From the NCBI GenBank assembly GCA_050633245.1, contig JBOEGD010000010.1, forward strand, positions 64,001 through 128,000: DNA of 64,000 nt. The letters run 5' to 3'. The notes beneath the pieces are model-generated. The model worked only from the letters and a program-made list of their open reading frames with translations. It had not been told where the DNA came from and did not search any database. Positions 1 to 9,181 of the stretch are shown here, piece after piece; within the stretch, counting starts at the first letter, position 1, and every line of letters starts with the position of its first letter. A program made the position numbers and the translations under genes. Source of the DNA: Calditrichia bacterium. Lineage in GTDB: Bacteria > Calditrichota > Calditrichia > RBG-13-44-9 > J075.

Positions 1-651
1 AACGGTCTGTCCGAATTCCGCTAAATGGGTATCGACCTTAAACGCATCGAGCAGCACGTTTCTGGCAAGCGTGTAGCCATTTGTGTGGAGCCCATTACTG
101 GGAATCCCAACCAGCACATCACCTGCAGCGATGTCGTTTCCGGTAACAATTTGATCCTTTTCGACGATACCGCTTATCGTTCCGCAAATATCGTAATCAC
201 CGGGTTGATAGAAATCCGGCATCTCAGCCGTTTCTCCACCTAACAATGGAATTCCGGCATCTTTACATGCCGATGCAACACCGCCAACAACTTCTTCGTA
301 CACACCAGACTCTAACGTGCCACAGGCAAAGTAATCCATAAAGTAAAGCGGGTTCGCGCCACATACTGCAATGTCATTAATACAGTGATTGACTAAATCT
401 TGTCCAACCGTATTGTGAATCCCGGTTAACATGGCCACCTTCAGCTTTGTGCCAACGCCATCGGTGGATGAAACCAACACCGGCTTTTTGTAGCCTAACT
501 CGGAAATATCGTAAAATCCGCCAAACAACCCGACACCGGATAAAACCTGCGGTGTATTGGTTGCAGCAATCTGCGTCTTCAAGCGATTTAAAGACTGTTC
601 AGCCTTCTCGATATCGACACCAGACGACTTGTAAGTATAGGATTTCTTCAT
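1..651 (-). CDS. purM: Phosphoribosylformylglycinamidine cyclo-ligase (AIR synthase), 3' end outside window
   Basis: Not in the ORF track. Manual translation from ATG at 651 gives MKKSYTYKSSGVDI...GLFGG...VSSTDGVGTKLK...GQDLVNHCINDIAVCGANPLYFMDY, which are PurM motifs. Confidence 0.95.
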   Translation of the reverse strand, partial: MKKSYTYKSSGVDIEKAEQSLNRLKTQIAATNTPQVLSGVGLFGGFYDISELGYKKPVLVSSTDGVGTKLKVAMLTGIHNTVGQDLVNHCINDIAVCGANPLYFMDYFACGTLESGVYEEVVGGVASACKDAGIPLLGGETAEMPDFYQPGDYDICGTISGIVEKDQIVTGNDIAAGDVLVGIPSNGLHTNGYTLARNVLLDAFKVDTHLAEFGQTV

Positions 652-1193
652 GACTTCTGCTCCAGCATTAATTCTCCTAATTCCCTTAGATAATTCGTTC
701 GCACCTCTGTAAAAAATGCGATCACATCCGGCTCCCGATAATCCAGATAGGTCCAATCCCTTGGTTGAAAACGGCCATCTCTATAGGCAAGGTGCAGGTC
801 GCCCCAAATGCCGCGATCCAAATAAATACGATGCGCAAAATTCTTCGTCGTCGCCAGCACCAGTTTGGCAGCCGTGATATACCCCGGGTCGATATTAACT
901 CTGCGTTTTTCATCCAGTACAAATCGTTGTTCAATTGCATTGGACTGATGTTTGTGTTCTGGAAGTGCATTTAACGGCCAAGGTTGTTGAAAGGCGACCA
1001 TTTTCTTCTTTAGCTTATCGCCCATTTCAGGCGCATAGTAATCGGTATGATGGAATTCAAACCAGTCCATTTCCATCTGAATTGGGGAAAAAGCGGTTTC
1101 AATTGCAGCACGGGCATCGTCCCAAAGAGACAAGTCGCTAACAGATATTGCAGCGATGCCTTTTACTGCCATTGGTGATTTTATTGCGCCCAT
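648..1193 (-). CDS. DUF4416 family protein
   Basis: TDYYAPEMG, RRVNIDPGY, LVLATTKNFAHRIYL and WTYLDY motifs. Stop overlaps the purM start (ATGA). Confidence 0.8.
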   Translation of the reverse strand: MGAIKSPMAVKGIAAISVSDLSLWDDARAAIETAFSPIQMEMDWFEFHHTDYYAPEMGDKLKKKMVAFQQPWPLNALPEHKHQSNAIEQRFVLDEKRRVNIDPGYITAAKLVLATTKNFAHRIYLDRGIWGDLHLAYRDGRFQPRDWTYLDYREPDVIAFFTEVRTNYLRELGELMLEQKS

Positions 1194-1211
1194 ATCTACC
1201 CAATCCTTAGC

Positions 1212-1243
1212 AAAAAATTAGCCCCGTCTGGGGACGGGGCTAA
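1212..1243 (-). terminator. Intrinsic terminator after acyl-CoA ligase
   Basis: TTAGCCCCGTC/GACGGGGCTAA inverted repeat followed by T6 on the minus strand. Confidence 0.7.
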
Positions 1244-1293
1244 GATACAACATTCGGCTAAATGAGCCAAGCTCAATGTAATAATGAAGCGTT

Positions 1294-3084
1294 CTAAGAA
1301 TATAGACTCTCAATTTGATCGGCGTAATTCTTTTCTACCTCTTTGCGCTTGACTTTCAACGATGGCGTTAACTCGCCGCTCTCAATAGAAAAGGGGCGGG
1401 AAATGAGCACAAACTTTTTGATGGATTCGAACGACGCACAGTCCTTATTCACATTTGCCACTTCTCCCTGAACAAGCTTCAGGACATCCGGATTGTTTAC
1501 GAGTTCTTCATGATCGCCATAAGAAATGTTCTTTTCTTTAGCAAACTTTTCGAGCGCCTCGAAATCCGGCACGATTACCGCACTGCAAAACTTGCGTTTA
1601 TCACCAATTACCAGAGACTGTTCAACATAACGCGATGTAACAAGCATGCCTTCCACACGCTGTGGAGCAACATTCTTACCACCTGCGGTAACAATAATAT
1701 TCTTCTTACGGTCGGTGATGATTAACATCCCGTCATCATCAAAATGACCAATATCCCCGGTATGAAACCAGCCTTCCGAATCGATTGCTTCTTTGGTGGC
1801 TTCCGGCTTGTTAAAATAACCTGCCATAACGTGCGGACCCCGTGTAAGGATTTCCCCATCAGCGGCAATTTTAGCCTCAACATTATGAAGTGGCACACCT
1901 ACAGAGCCAAACTTGTATTTTTCCAAGCGATTTACCGAGATTACCGGAGACGTTTCAGACAGTCCATAGCCTTCCAAAATTGTCAAACCGGCCGCGGCAA
2001 AAAACACCCCGATTTCACGAGACAGTGGCGCGCCACCAGAGACGAAAAAACGAATCTTGCCCCCTACCCTGTCGATCAACTTTGAGAATACCAGTTTATG
2101 TGCCAGGCCAGCCTTTATACCCAGCAAACCGGGAAGCGGCTTATTTTGCTGACGATACTCCAGGGACTCGCGTCCGACACCCACCGCCCAGTTAAAGATT
2201 TTCTTCTTAAGCGGAGATCCGCTCTCCACGCCATCGAGAACCTTTGCATAGATTTTCTCGAAAATACGCGGCACGCTTGCCATGATGGTTGGGCGAATTT
2301 CGCCGAGATTATCAGTTAACTTTTCAATAGACTCGGCATAGGCAATGGTTACACCGGCATGGTTTGCCAGGAAGTGGCCGGTCATGCGCTCAAAAATGTG
2401 CGAAAGCGGCAGGAAAGAAAGCATGGTATCGCTTTCATCAACGGACAGTGCGGACAAACCGCCTTCAATATTTGATAGCAAATTGCCATGCGTCAGCATT
2501 ACGCCTTTCGGCTCGCCGGTTGTTCCTGAAGTATAGATAAAGATAGATAAATCGTCGCGTGTCAATGCCTGCCAACGCGTCGAAAGTTCACCGGGGTTTG
2601 CTGCACCATAGGTTTTGCCCTGTTCAATCAGATCAGCGATGCTGGTAACATTATCTCCACTGACATCGGTCGGGTCGATCATTATAATCTTTTGCAAACC
2701 GGTAATGGAATCCTTTATGGCCATCAGCTTGTCGTACTGTTCCTTATTCTCAACAATAATAAAGCGGGAACCACAGTCATTGATAATATAGGATATCTGA
2801 GATGGTAACAATGTGGGATAGATAGCAACTGAAACGCCACCATTGGCGATAATTGCGTAATCGGCAAAGGCCCAAAGGTAGCTGTTATGAGAGAGAATAT
2901 TAACCTTTTCGCCCTTTTCAATGCCCAGGCTGGCAAATCCATTTGCTAAATCAACTACTTGCGTTTTCATATCCTTAAAGAGGATATCGTTCCAGCCCTT
3001 TTCATCTTTATGCTTCATACCGACCTTGTCGGCGTATTTGTCACAGGATTTGAAAAACATCTCAGCTAAGCTGGCATAGCCCAT
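1294..3084 (-). CDS. Long-chain fatty acid--CoA ligase (AMP-dependent synthetase)
   Basis: YTSGTTGEPKG AMP-binding loop, EGYGLSE, GWFHTGDIG, DRKKNII. Confidence 0.92.
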   Translation of the reverse strand: MGYASLAEMFFKSCDKYADKVGMKHKDEKGWNDILFKDMKTQVVDLANGFASLGIEKGEKVNILSHNSYLWAFADYAIIANGGVSVAIYPTLLPSQISYIINDCGSRFIIVENKEQYDKLMAIKDSITGLQKIIMIDPTDVSGDNVTSIADLIEQGKTYGAANPGELSTRWQALTRDDLSIFIYTSGTTGEPKGVMLTHGNLLSNIEGGLSALSVDESDTMLSFLPLSHIFERMTGHFLANHAGVTIAYAESIEKLTDNLGEIRPTIMASVPRIFEKIYAKVLDGVESGSPLKKKIFNWAVGVGRESLEYRQQNKPLPGLLGIKAGLAHKLVFSKLIDRVGGKIRFFVSGGAPLSREIGVFFAAAGLTILEGYGLSETSPVISVNRLEKYKFGSVGVPLHNVEAKIAADGEILTRGPHVMAGYFNKPEATKEAIDSEGWFHTGDIGHFDDDGMLIITDRKKNIIVTAGGKNVAPQRVEGMLVTSRYVEQSLVIGDKRKFCSAVIVPDFEALEKFAKEKNISYGDHEELVNNPDVLKLVQGEVANVNKDCASFESIKKFVLISRPFSIESGELTPSLKVKRKEVEKNYADQIESLYS

Positions 3085-3180
3085 AAACAGACCCCCATAA
3101 GTAATGCTGCTTTTTTGCAGCGAATGAAATAGCGTACTAATGCTTCATCACTTCCCAGAAAGTCTCGACAAAGCACTCCA

Positions 3181-3213
3181 ACAAAGAGCCGGAACCGCGG
3201 TTACTGTTCCGGC
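3181..3213 (-). terminator. Probable terminator hairpin after M28 peptidase
   Basis: GCCGGAAC/GTTCCGGC stem with a weak T-rich tail on the minus strand. Confidence 0.45.
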
Positions 3214-3222
3214 CAGTCAAAT

Positions 3223-4887
3223 CTATTTGGCAGCGGACATATCGGCATCACGCTTGGCCTTAAATTCGGTGCCTTCTTTCCAATTTGGAAAGGTCGATTC
3301 CATACTGATCATCTGTCCCACCTGGAACATCAGGCGAATATCATCCACTGCACCAGACAAATCCCATTCTTCAGTATACTCATCAGTCACTTTATGATAG
3401 GTATTTGATGTCCAGTCTTTTTTCTTCTCGGTTGTCCATTCTTCGCCGTGCTCTACGTGATCGATGCCCATTTTAGTATAGAGCGCCGGAATTCCCTGCT
3501 TGGCAAAGGAGAAGTGATCGGAACGATAAAAGATACCTTTCTCCGGATCGGGATCAGGGCGAATATAGCGGTTTTGCTTCTTCGCTACCGCGTAGACATA
3601 CTCATCGAGCTCTGAGTTTCCTTCACCCACGATTGTTATGTCCTTCATTTTCCCAAAGATGTTCAGCGCATCCATATTAAGGGCAGCTGCGGTCTTTGTA
3701 ATCGGAAAAATCGGGTTTGCTGCATAGTAGGCCGATCCGATGAGCCCTTGCTCTTCGGCAGTAACAGCCAGGAAAACAATGGAGCGGCGGGGTGCGGTCG
3801 GGAGCTTGGTGAATGCTTCAGCCAGCTCAATGAGCGCTGCCGTTCCGGTGGCATTGTCTGCTGCACCATTAAAAATATTGTCGCCACTCATGTTTGGGTT
3901 CACCCCAAAGTGATCCCAATGAGCGCTGTAAATAATGTATTCATCTTTTAAGTCTGTTCCCGGAAGCAGCGCAAGAACGTTACGAGAAGTAGAGCTTTCT
4001 ATTTCATTGCGGATCGTCATGGAGTAGGTTAATCCCATTGGCTTGGCCTTAAACCCAGGCTTTAAAGCTGCGGCAGTCATAGCAGCATAATCCATTCCCG
4101 CTGCGGAGAAGATTTCGCGTATTGCAACAGCAGAAACCCAACCTTCGAGAGGACAGCGCGACATATTTTTGTCGGCAGCTTCCATATAGAACTGCGGTCC
4201 GGTCCATCCACCGCGAACAACCGCCCACGGGTAACCTGCCGGAGCCGTTTCATGGATCACAATAACACCGGTAGCTCCCTGACGCGCAGCTTCTTCATAT
4301 TTGTAGGTCCAACGACCGTAGTAGGTCATCGTGCGTCCGTTAAACATCGTGCTGTCTTTGGTTGCAAAGCCGGGGTCATTCACCATTACAATTACGGTTT
4401 TGCCCTTTACATCCAGACCTTCATAGTCATTCCAGCCATATTCGGGAGCAACCACGCCAAAACCGGCGAAAACCAGTTCTGATTCTTCAATCTTCACTTC
4501 ATCCTGCACCTGCCGGGTAAGCGCTACAAAATCTTTTCGCAACTTTAAGTTTACATCTTTACTGCCACCGGCAATTGCCATCGTTTCGGTAGGATACGGC
4601 GTCACTTTCACCAGAGATACGTTCTGGAAAAAACTGTTTCCATTGCCCGGCTTAAGACCGAGGTCTTCAAACTTGGATTTCAAAAAGTTTACGGTCTTTT
4701 CTTCGCCTGGAGAAGAAGGAGAACGTCCTTCAAATTCATCAGATGCCAGCACCTTAATATTTTCGGTGTAACCATCGACATCAATACTGTTAATAGCAGT
4801 GCTCAGATCGACGCCTTTCTCGTTGCACGAGACAACAACAAAAGTTGCAAAGCATAAAAGTGCTGCAGCTAAAAATCTGTTCATCAT
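3223..4887 (-). CDS. M28 family metallopeptidase lipoprotein with PA domain
   Basis: Lipobox-like VVVSC, SAHWDH, GAADNATG, AEEQGLIGS, NMD, RSDHFSF, YH motifs. Confidence 0.9.
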   Translation of the reverse strand: MMNRFLAAALLCFATFVVVSCNEKGVDLSTAINSIDVDGYTENIKVLASDEFEGRSPSSPGEEKTVNFLKSKFEDLGLKPGNGNSFFQNVSLVKVTPYPTETMAIAGGSKDVNLKLRKDFVALTRQVQDEVKIEESELVFAGFGVVAPEYGWNDYEGLDVKGKTVIVMVNDPGFATKDSTMFNGRTMTYYGRWTYKYEEAARQGATGVIVIHETAPAGYPWAVVRGGWTGPQFYMEAADKNMSRCPLEGWVSAVAIREIFSAAGMDYAAMTAAALKPGFKAKPMGLTYSMTIRNEIESSTSRNVLALLPGTDLKDEYIIYSAHWDHFGVNPNMSGDNIFNGAADNATGTAALIELAEAFTKLPTAPRRSIVFLAVTAEEQGLIGSAYYAANPIFPITKTAAALNMDALNIFGKMKDITIVGEGNSELDEYVYAVAKKQNRYIRPDPDPEKGIFYRSDHFSFAKQGIPALYTKMGIDHVEHGEEWTTEKKKDWTSNTYHKVTDEYTEEWDLSGAVDDIRLMFQVGQMISMESTFPNWKEGTEFKAKRDADMSAAK

Positions 4888-4937
4888 GTATAGCCTCTTT
4901 TACTAGATTTATTTGACGAGAGTGATTTTGCTGAAAG

Positions 4938-5402
4938 TTACTTAAAACCAGCCAATTTTTGAATTATTTTCCATTCTTTTTCGCTGACCGGTTGCACAGA
5001 CAGTCTGCTTCCCTTACGCAACAGAACCATTTCTTCCAATCCCGGCACCTCGCGCAGCTGGTCCAGCGTAACGATTTGCGGAAATGCTTCAACGGCTTGA
5101 ATATCGACCATCTCCCAACGTGGATTGTCTTCTTTGCTTTTGGGGTCAAAGTAGTTCGACTCAGGGTCGAATTGCGTGTGGTCGGGGTAGGTCTCTTTTA
5201 CAACACGGGCAATTCCTACAATACAAGGAGGCTTTACAACGCTGTGATAAAAAAAGACCTGATCGTCAATTTTCATTTCGCGCATAAAATTGCGAGCCTG
5301 ATAGTTGCGAATTCCATCCCAATGTTCGGTTTTATCTTTTTCGTTATTCAAATCATCCCAGGAATAGGTATTTGGCTCTGTCTTCATTAGCCAATACTTC
5401 AT
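4938..5402 (-). CDS. EVE domain protein (Thy1-like)
   Basis: YWLMKTEP, WDGIRNYQARN, FFYHS, SRLSVQPV. Confidence 0.92.
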   Translation of the reverse strand: MKYWLMKTEPNTYSWDDLNNEKDKTEHWDGIRNYQARNFMREMKIDDQVFFYHSVVKPPCIVGIARVVKETYPDHTQFDPESNYFDPKSKEDNPRWEMVDIQAVEAFPQIVTLDQLREVPGLEEMVLLRKGSRLSVQPVSEKEWKIIQKLAGFK

Positions 5403-5483
5403 AAGCGTTGATCTCCGTTTCTATGATTAAAGGTTGTAGGATAAAAAGGTATGTAAATTTTGGATAGTTTTTCGTGCGGTTTC

Positions 5484-5509
5484 AAGAAGCCCGCTGCGAA
5501 ACAGCGGGC
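5484..5509 (-). terminator. Probable terminator hairpin after HtrA
   Basis: GCCCGCTG/CAGCGGGC stem with TTCTT tail on the minus strand. Confidence 0.5.
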
Positions 5510-5518
5510 AAGTCAATA

Positions 5519-7231
5519 TTAGGGCACCTGAACAAAGACGATTCGACTGCCGTCTCCGGTAATACCGGGTCGTACAGAAAAGGTAAGCTTTAGCATATCG
5601 CCAGAGCTGGATCCCTTTAGTATCTGCTCAAATTGTTCAATAGAATTGATCATCCTATCATTCACCAACTTAAGCAGAATGGGTGCCTGAATTCCCGCCT
5701 GATCGGCAGGACTGCCCGTTTTTACGTCAGCAATCAGGATGCCTTCCGGTAGTCCAAAGCCGGTAGAGTCACGCTCGCTAAGACCTCTAAATGTAAAGCC
5801 AAGATTTTCGAATTTTACTTTGGGCTCGGCATCCAATTGATTCTGGGCCTGAACATTTGGCGCCTCAGCTAACTCAATATCAACCTGAAATGATTTTCGA
5901 TCCCTTAGAATGGTCAGCTTTACAATCTCACCGGGGGAATGTTGAGCAATCTTAATCTGCAGGTCATTCACTGAAACCACTTCCATTCCATCGACCTGTA
6001 AAATAACGTCACCCTGCCGCAGACCTTTTTCTACTGCCGGAAACCCTGGTTGGACACCCTGTATCAGTGCGCCATAAGGGCGGTCGAGACCAAGCGCTTT
6101 TGCAACGCGATCATCAACCTTCTCGATTGTTACTCCGAGTAAGGCTCGACGCGTGTAACCAAATTCAATGATATCGTTAACAACTTTTTTTGCCAGATTA
6201 ATGGGAATAGCAAATCCATACCCCTGATAGAGTCCCGTTCGCGTTGCTATCGCCGTGTTGATGCCTATTACCTCGCCGTGCAAATTAACTAAAGCGCCAC
6301 CGCTATTACCAGGATTAATAACCGCGTCGGTTTGTATAAAGTTCTCTATTCGATAGGTGTCGTTAATAATGCGAATGTCGCGTCCAAGGGCACTGACAAT
6401 ACCGGCAGTAACAGTAGATGTAAAGTTGAGAGGATTTCCAACCGCCATAACCCACTCACCAATTTGCACCGTATCGGAATTGCCTATAAAGGCAGAAGGC
6501 AGGTTTTCACCGGTAATTCGCAAAACTGCAACATCGGTGCTTTGATCCTTACCAACCAATTCGGCATCAAATTCGCGCTTATCGTAAAGCGTTACACGCA
6601 GCTTGCTGGCAGACTCAACGACATGGTGATTGGTCATTATATAGCCTTTATCGCTGATGATAATGCCGGAACCCGATCCGGGTTGGTAGACATCATCCTG
6701 CTCCTCTTCCTTTTCACCCCAGAAAGGGTGGAAGAAATTCTCCGAGCTGCTGACGCGACGGGTACTCTGAATAGCCACAACAGCGGGTAAAATGCGCTTG
6801 GCGGCGGTAATAAAAACTTTATTGGGATTTCCCAAAGCGGGCGTTTTTCCGCCGACGGGTGGGTGGATTTCTTTTTTAACCAGCGGCACTTCGCGCCATT
6901 GCAGAGAGTCTTTTGCGCTTTCGTTGCTCAGTAAGGCAGTTGCTTTTTCTTTGATACTGCGGCTGACCGGATTGTCACCAAATATATCAGCATCCATCCG
7001 TTGAGGCCTATCAGAAATGCTATCTGCGACCGGAGATTCATTTTGCTGAGCCGTGGCAGGATCTTCGGCAGGTGGTTCAAAATAATTTGAGGGTGGTTCA
7101 ACTTGAGGGCGGGTTTCAACAGAAACCATATTATTCGTATTATTATCAGCGGAGATGCTAACAATATAGGTAACACAAAACATGACTCCAACGCCACCAA
7201 GCACAACAGCCAATTTTTTCAAAGCATCCAT
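5519..7231 (-). CDS. Do/DegQ (HtrA) serine endoprotease with two PDZ domains
   Basis: TNHHVV, DVAVL and GNSGG catalytic triad motifs, N-terminal membrane anchor, PDZ repeats. ATG at 7231 chosen as start. Confidence 0.93.
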   Translation of the reverse strand: MDALKKLAVVLGGVGVMFCVTYIVSISADNNTNNMVSVETRPQVEPPSNYFEPPAEDPATAQQNESPVADSISDRPQRMDADIFGDNPVSRSIKEKATALLSNESAKDSLQWREVPLVKKEIHPPVGGKTPALGNPNKVFITAAKRILPAVVAIQSTRRVSSSENFFHPFWGEKEEEQDDVYQPGSGSGIIISDKGYIMTNHHVVESASKLRVTLYDKREFDAELVGKDQSTDVAVLRITGENLPSAFIGNSDTVQIGEWVMAVGNPLNFTSTVTAGIVSALGRDIRIINDTYRIENFIQTDAVINPGNSGGALVNLHGEVIGINTAIATRTGLYQGYGFAIPINLAKKVVNDIIEFGYTRRALLGVTIEKVDDRVAKALGLDRPYGALIQGVQPGFPAVEKGLRQGDVILQVDGMEVVSVNDLQIKIAQHSPGEIVKLTILRDRKSFQVDIELAEAPNVQAQNQLDAEPKVKFENLGFTFRGLSERDSTGFGLPEGILIADVKTGSPADQAGIQAPILLKLVNDRMINSIEQFEQILKGSSSGDMLKLTFSVRPGITGDGSRIVFVQVP

Positions 7232-7383
7232 GTTCAATTTTCCGTTTTTGTTGGCTTCTCCCCTCTTTTCACCCCATCAGGCTAAAGATAATCTAAACTA
7301 TTGTCCAGCGATTTGCAAAAGGAAAAATGCCTGAAATATTTAAACTTGCGTGCGCTAAGGTGAACTCGTAAGTTTGCCAGAGT

Positions 7384-7878
7384 ATGAAAAAGCAAATTGT
7401 TATCGACGGTTACAATCTCTTGCGCAGCAGCGCTTACCCGCTCGCGCAAAAACTCGATCTGGAAGAACAGCGTAATGAGCTGATCAGACAGCTTCAAACG
7501 TATTCGGCAAAGCGCGGTGAGAAGATCGTTTTGGTATTCGATAACTCTAGTGGTTCTATGCATCAAAAGAGCCACGGTTCCCTTCTCCACATCATCTACA
7601 GTGCCGCCTCACAAGAAGCAGATGATGTAATCCAGGCACTAATTCGCAAATCGAGCAATGCGCGTTCTATGATCATCGTCAGCAGCGATCGCGCCATTCG
7701 CCATACCGCGAAGGATCACGGTGCGATGTCTATGCGAAGCGAATCATTTTGTGCAGACCTCCTTTCCTCAGACGAATCGACAACAACATACTCTACGGAA
7801 ACCCCTCAGGATGAAGACCTCTCTGCGGATGAAGTCGCCTATTGGAAGCGACTTTTTGAAGAGGGGAAAGATGAATAA
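7384..7878 (+). CDS. NYN domain (YacP/Rae1-like) putative RNase
   Basis: IDGYNL, VFD, ADDVI and VSSD acidic motifs of the PIN/NYN fold. Confidence 0.85.
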   Translation: MKKQIVIDGYNLLRSSAYPLAQKLDLEEQRNELIRQLQTYSAKRGEKIVLVFDNSSGSMHQKSHGSLLHIIYSAASQEADDVIQALIRKSSNARSMIIVSSDRAIRHTAKDHGAMSMRSESFCADLLSSDESTTTYSTETPQDEDLSADEVAYWKRLFEEGKDE

Positions 7879-9181
7879 GGGCTCAATATTATCTCGTAAG
7901 TGGGCAATATATGCCTTACTGATAGTCGGTATCTTAACACTAATTGTCCTGAATTTCTGGGGTTGGTTCTTCATTCGTAGCGTAGAAGACCGCATTGCAG
8001 TTCAGCTTCAACAACAGTTAGAGCAAACTGCAGATTTCTACGCGCGAGATATAGGTGCTCGTTATCTGGAGATGAACATCAGCACTCTCTCACCTCTCGA
8101 GGAACCACTGAATACCAGCTTACCAATTGCACTGTACGACTATAAACGGCAGGCAAACTTACAGTCAATTTTTTTAGTATCTCTCGACCAGCGCTTCTCA
8201 ATTGATGAGAATCTGTCAGCTTCCGAGGGCAATCCCCTTTCCTCATTTCCGATAAACGATTCGCTATTCGCCATGGCCACGGTTGGAGAACCGGCAAGTG
8301 TCGAACTGGTTGAACTAACGGGAGAGTATTTCCTGACTGCCTATGCACCGGTATTCAACGAGTTTGATGAGATAACCGCAATATTGGTATTGGAAGCCCC
8401 GGCAACACTATTCAACACACTACAGTTTTTCCGTCGCAATCTGGCCTTGCTTGGCTTTGCAGGCTTCGCACTAATCATTCTGTTTGCCGGGATTATATTA
8501 CTAGCCATTCGCAAACTGTTCGAGATTGAAGCACAGTTAACAGCACAATCCCGACTCGCTCATCTCGGACAAATGGCTGCAATGGTTGCTCATGAAATAC
8601 GCAATCCGCTGAGCATTATAAAGGGCTCTGCCGATGTGCTGCGTAAAAAATACTCCAACACAAAAGATGAGTTATTCGACTTTATTCCGGATGAGATCGA
8701 CCGGCTCAACCGACTGGTTAGTGACTTTCTGCAGTTTGCTCGCAAACGAGATCCGGAACTATTTGACGTTGAACCAGCGCCACTTATCTCATCATTAATA
8801 GACCAAATGAAGGATGGGCGAATACGGTTTGAATGTGAAAGCGAAGCGCAGTTGAAGTTAGACCCTGATGCGTTCCGACAGATCATGTTAAACATTATCG
8901 AAAATGCGAGGCAAGCTATTGATAAGGATGGAAGCGTTCGCATTTCCTGTAGCGAGCGCAAACGACCTGCGATTTATCAAATTGCGGTAGTTGATGATGG
9001 CAAAGGCATGAATGAGCAAACATTGCAACAGGTATTCGATCCCTTCTTTAGTACCCGCGCCACCGGAAGCGGATTGGGCATGGCAATAACGAAGCAGCTC
9101 GTAGAGCAGATGTCGGGTAGTATCTCGGTGAGCAGCAAACCGGGAAAAGGCACTACCGTTCAGCTGGATTTCCCACGATGA
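7871..9181 (+). CDS. Membrane sensor histidine kinase
   Basis: Two TM segments, AHEIRNPL H-box, N-box, DDGKGM, FDPFFST, GSGLGM. ATG at 7871 follows GAGGGG. Confidence 0.92.
   Translation: MNKGSILSRKWAIYALLIVGILTLIVLNFWGWFFIRSVEDRIAVQLQQQLEQTADFYARDIGARYLEMNISTLSPLEEPLNTSLPIALYDYKRQANLQSIFLVSLDQRFSIDENLSASEGNPLSSFPINDSLFAMATVGEPASVELVELTGEYFLTAYAPVFNEFDEITAILVLEAPATLFNTLQFFRRNLALLGFAGFALIILFAGIILLAIRKLFEIEAQLTAQSRLAHLGQMAAMVAHEIRNPLSIIKGSADVLRKKYSNTKDELFDFIPDEIDRLNRLVSDFLQFARKRDPELFDVEPAPLISSLIDQMKDGRIRFECESEAQLKLDPDAFRQIMLNIIENARQAIDKDGSVRISCSERKRPAIYQIAVVDDGKGMNEQTLQQVFDPFFSTRATGSGLGMAITKQLVEQMSGSISVSSKPGKGTTVQLDFPR

Noticed and set aside
1194-1293. Purine riboswitch or attenuator upstream of DUF4416-purM
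   Set aside because: No aptamer was recognised. The hairpin is explained as the ligase terminator, and a TTGGCT-17-TATCTT promoter-like sequence overlaps it.
4938-5402. EVE domain as part of a modification-dependent defence system
   Set aside because: It is a stand-alone Thy1-like form with no nuclease, ATPase or toxin neighbour.
7721-7870. Extended ORF-track starts (kinase 7721, mutM 42300, rplY 52589, mutB 60690, rpsF 48886)
   Set aside because: Downstream ATGs fit SD sites and family N-termini better, and several extensions overlap other genes or the tRNA.
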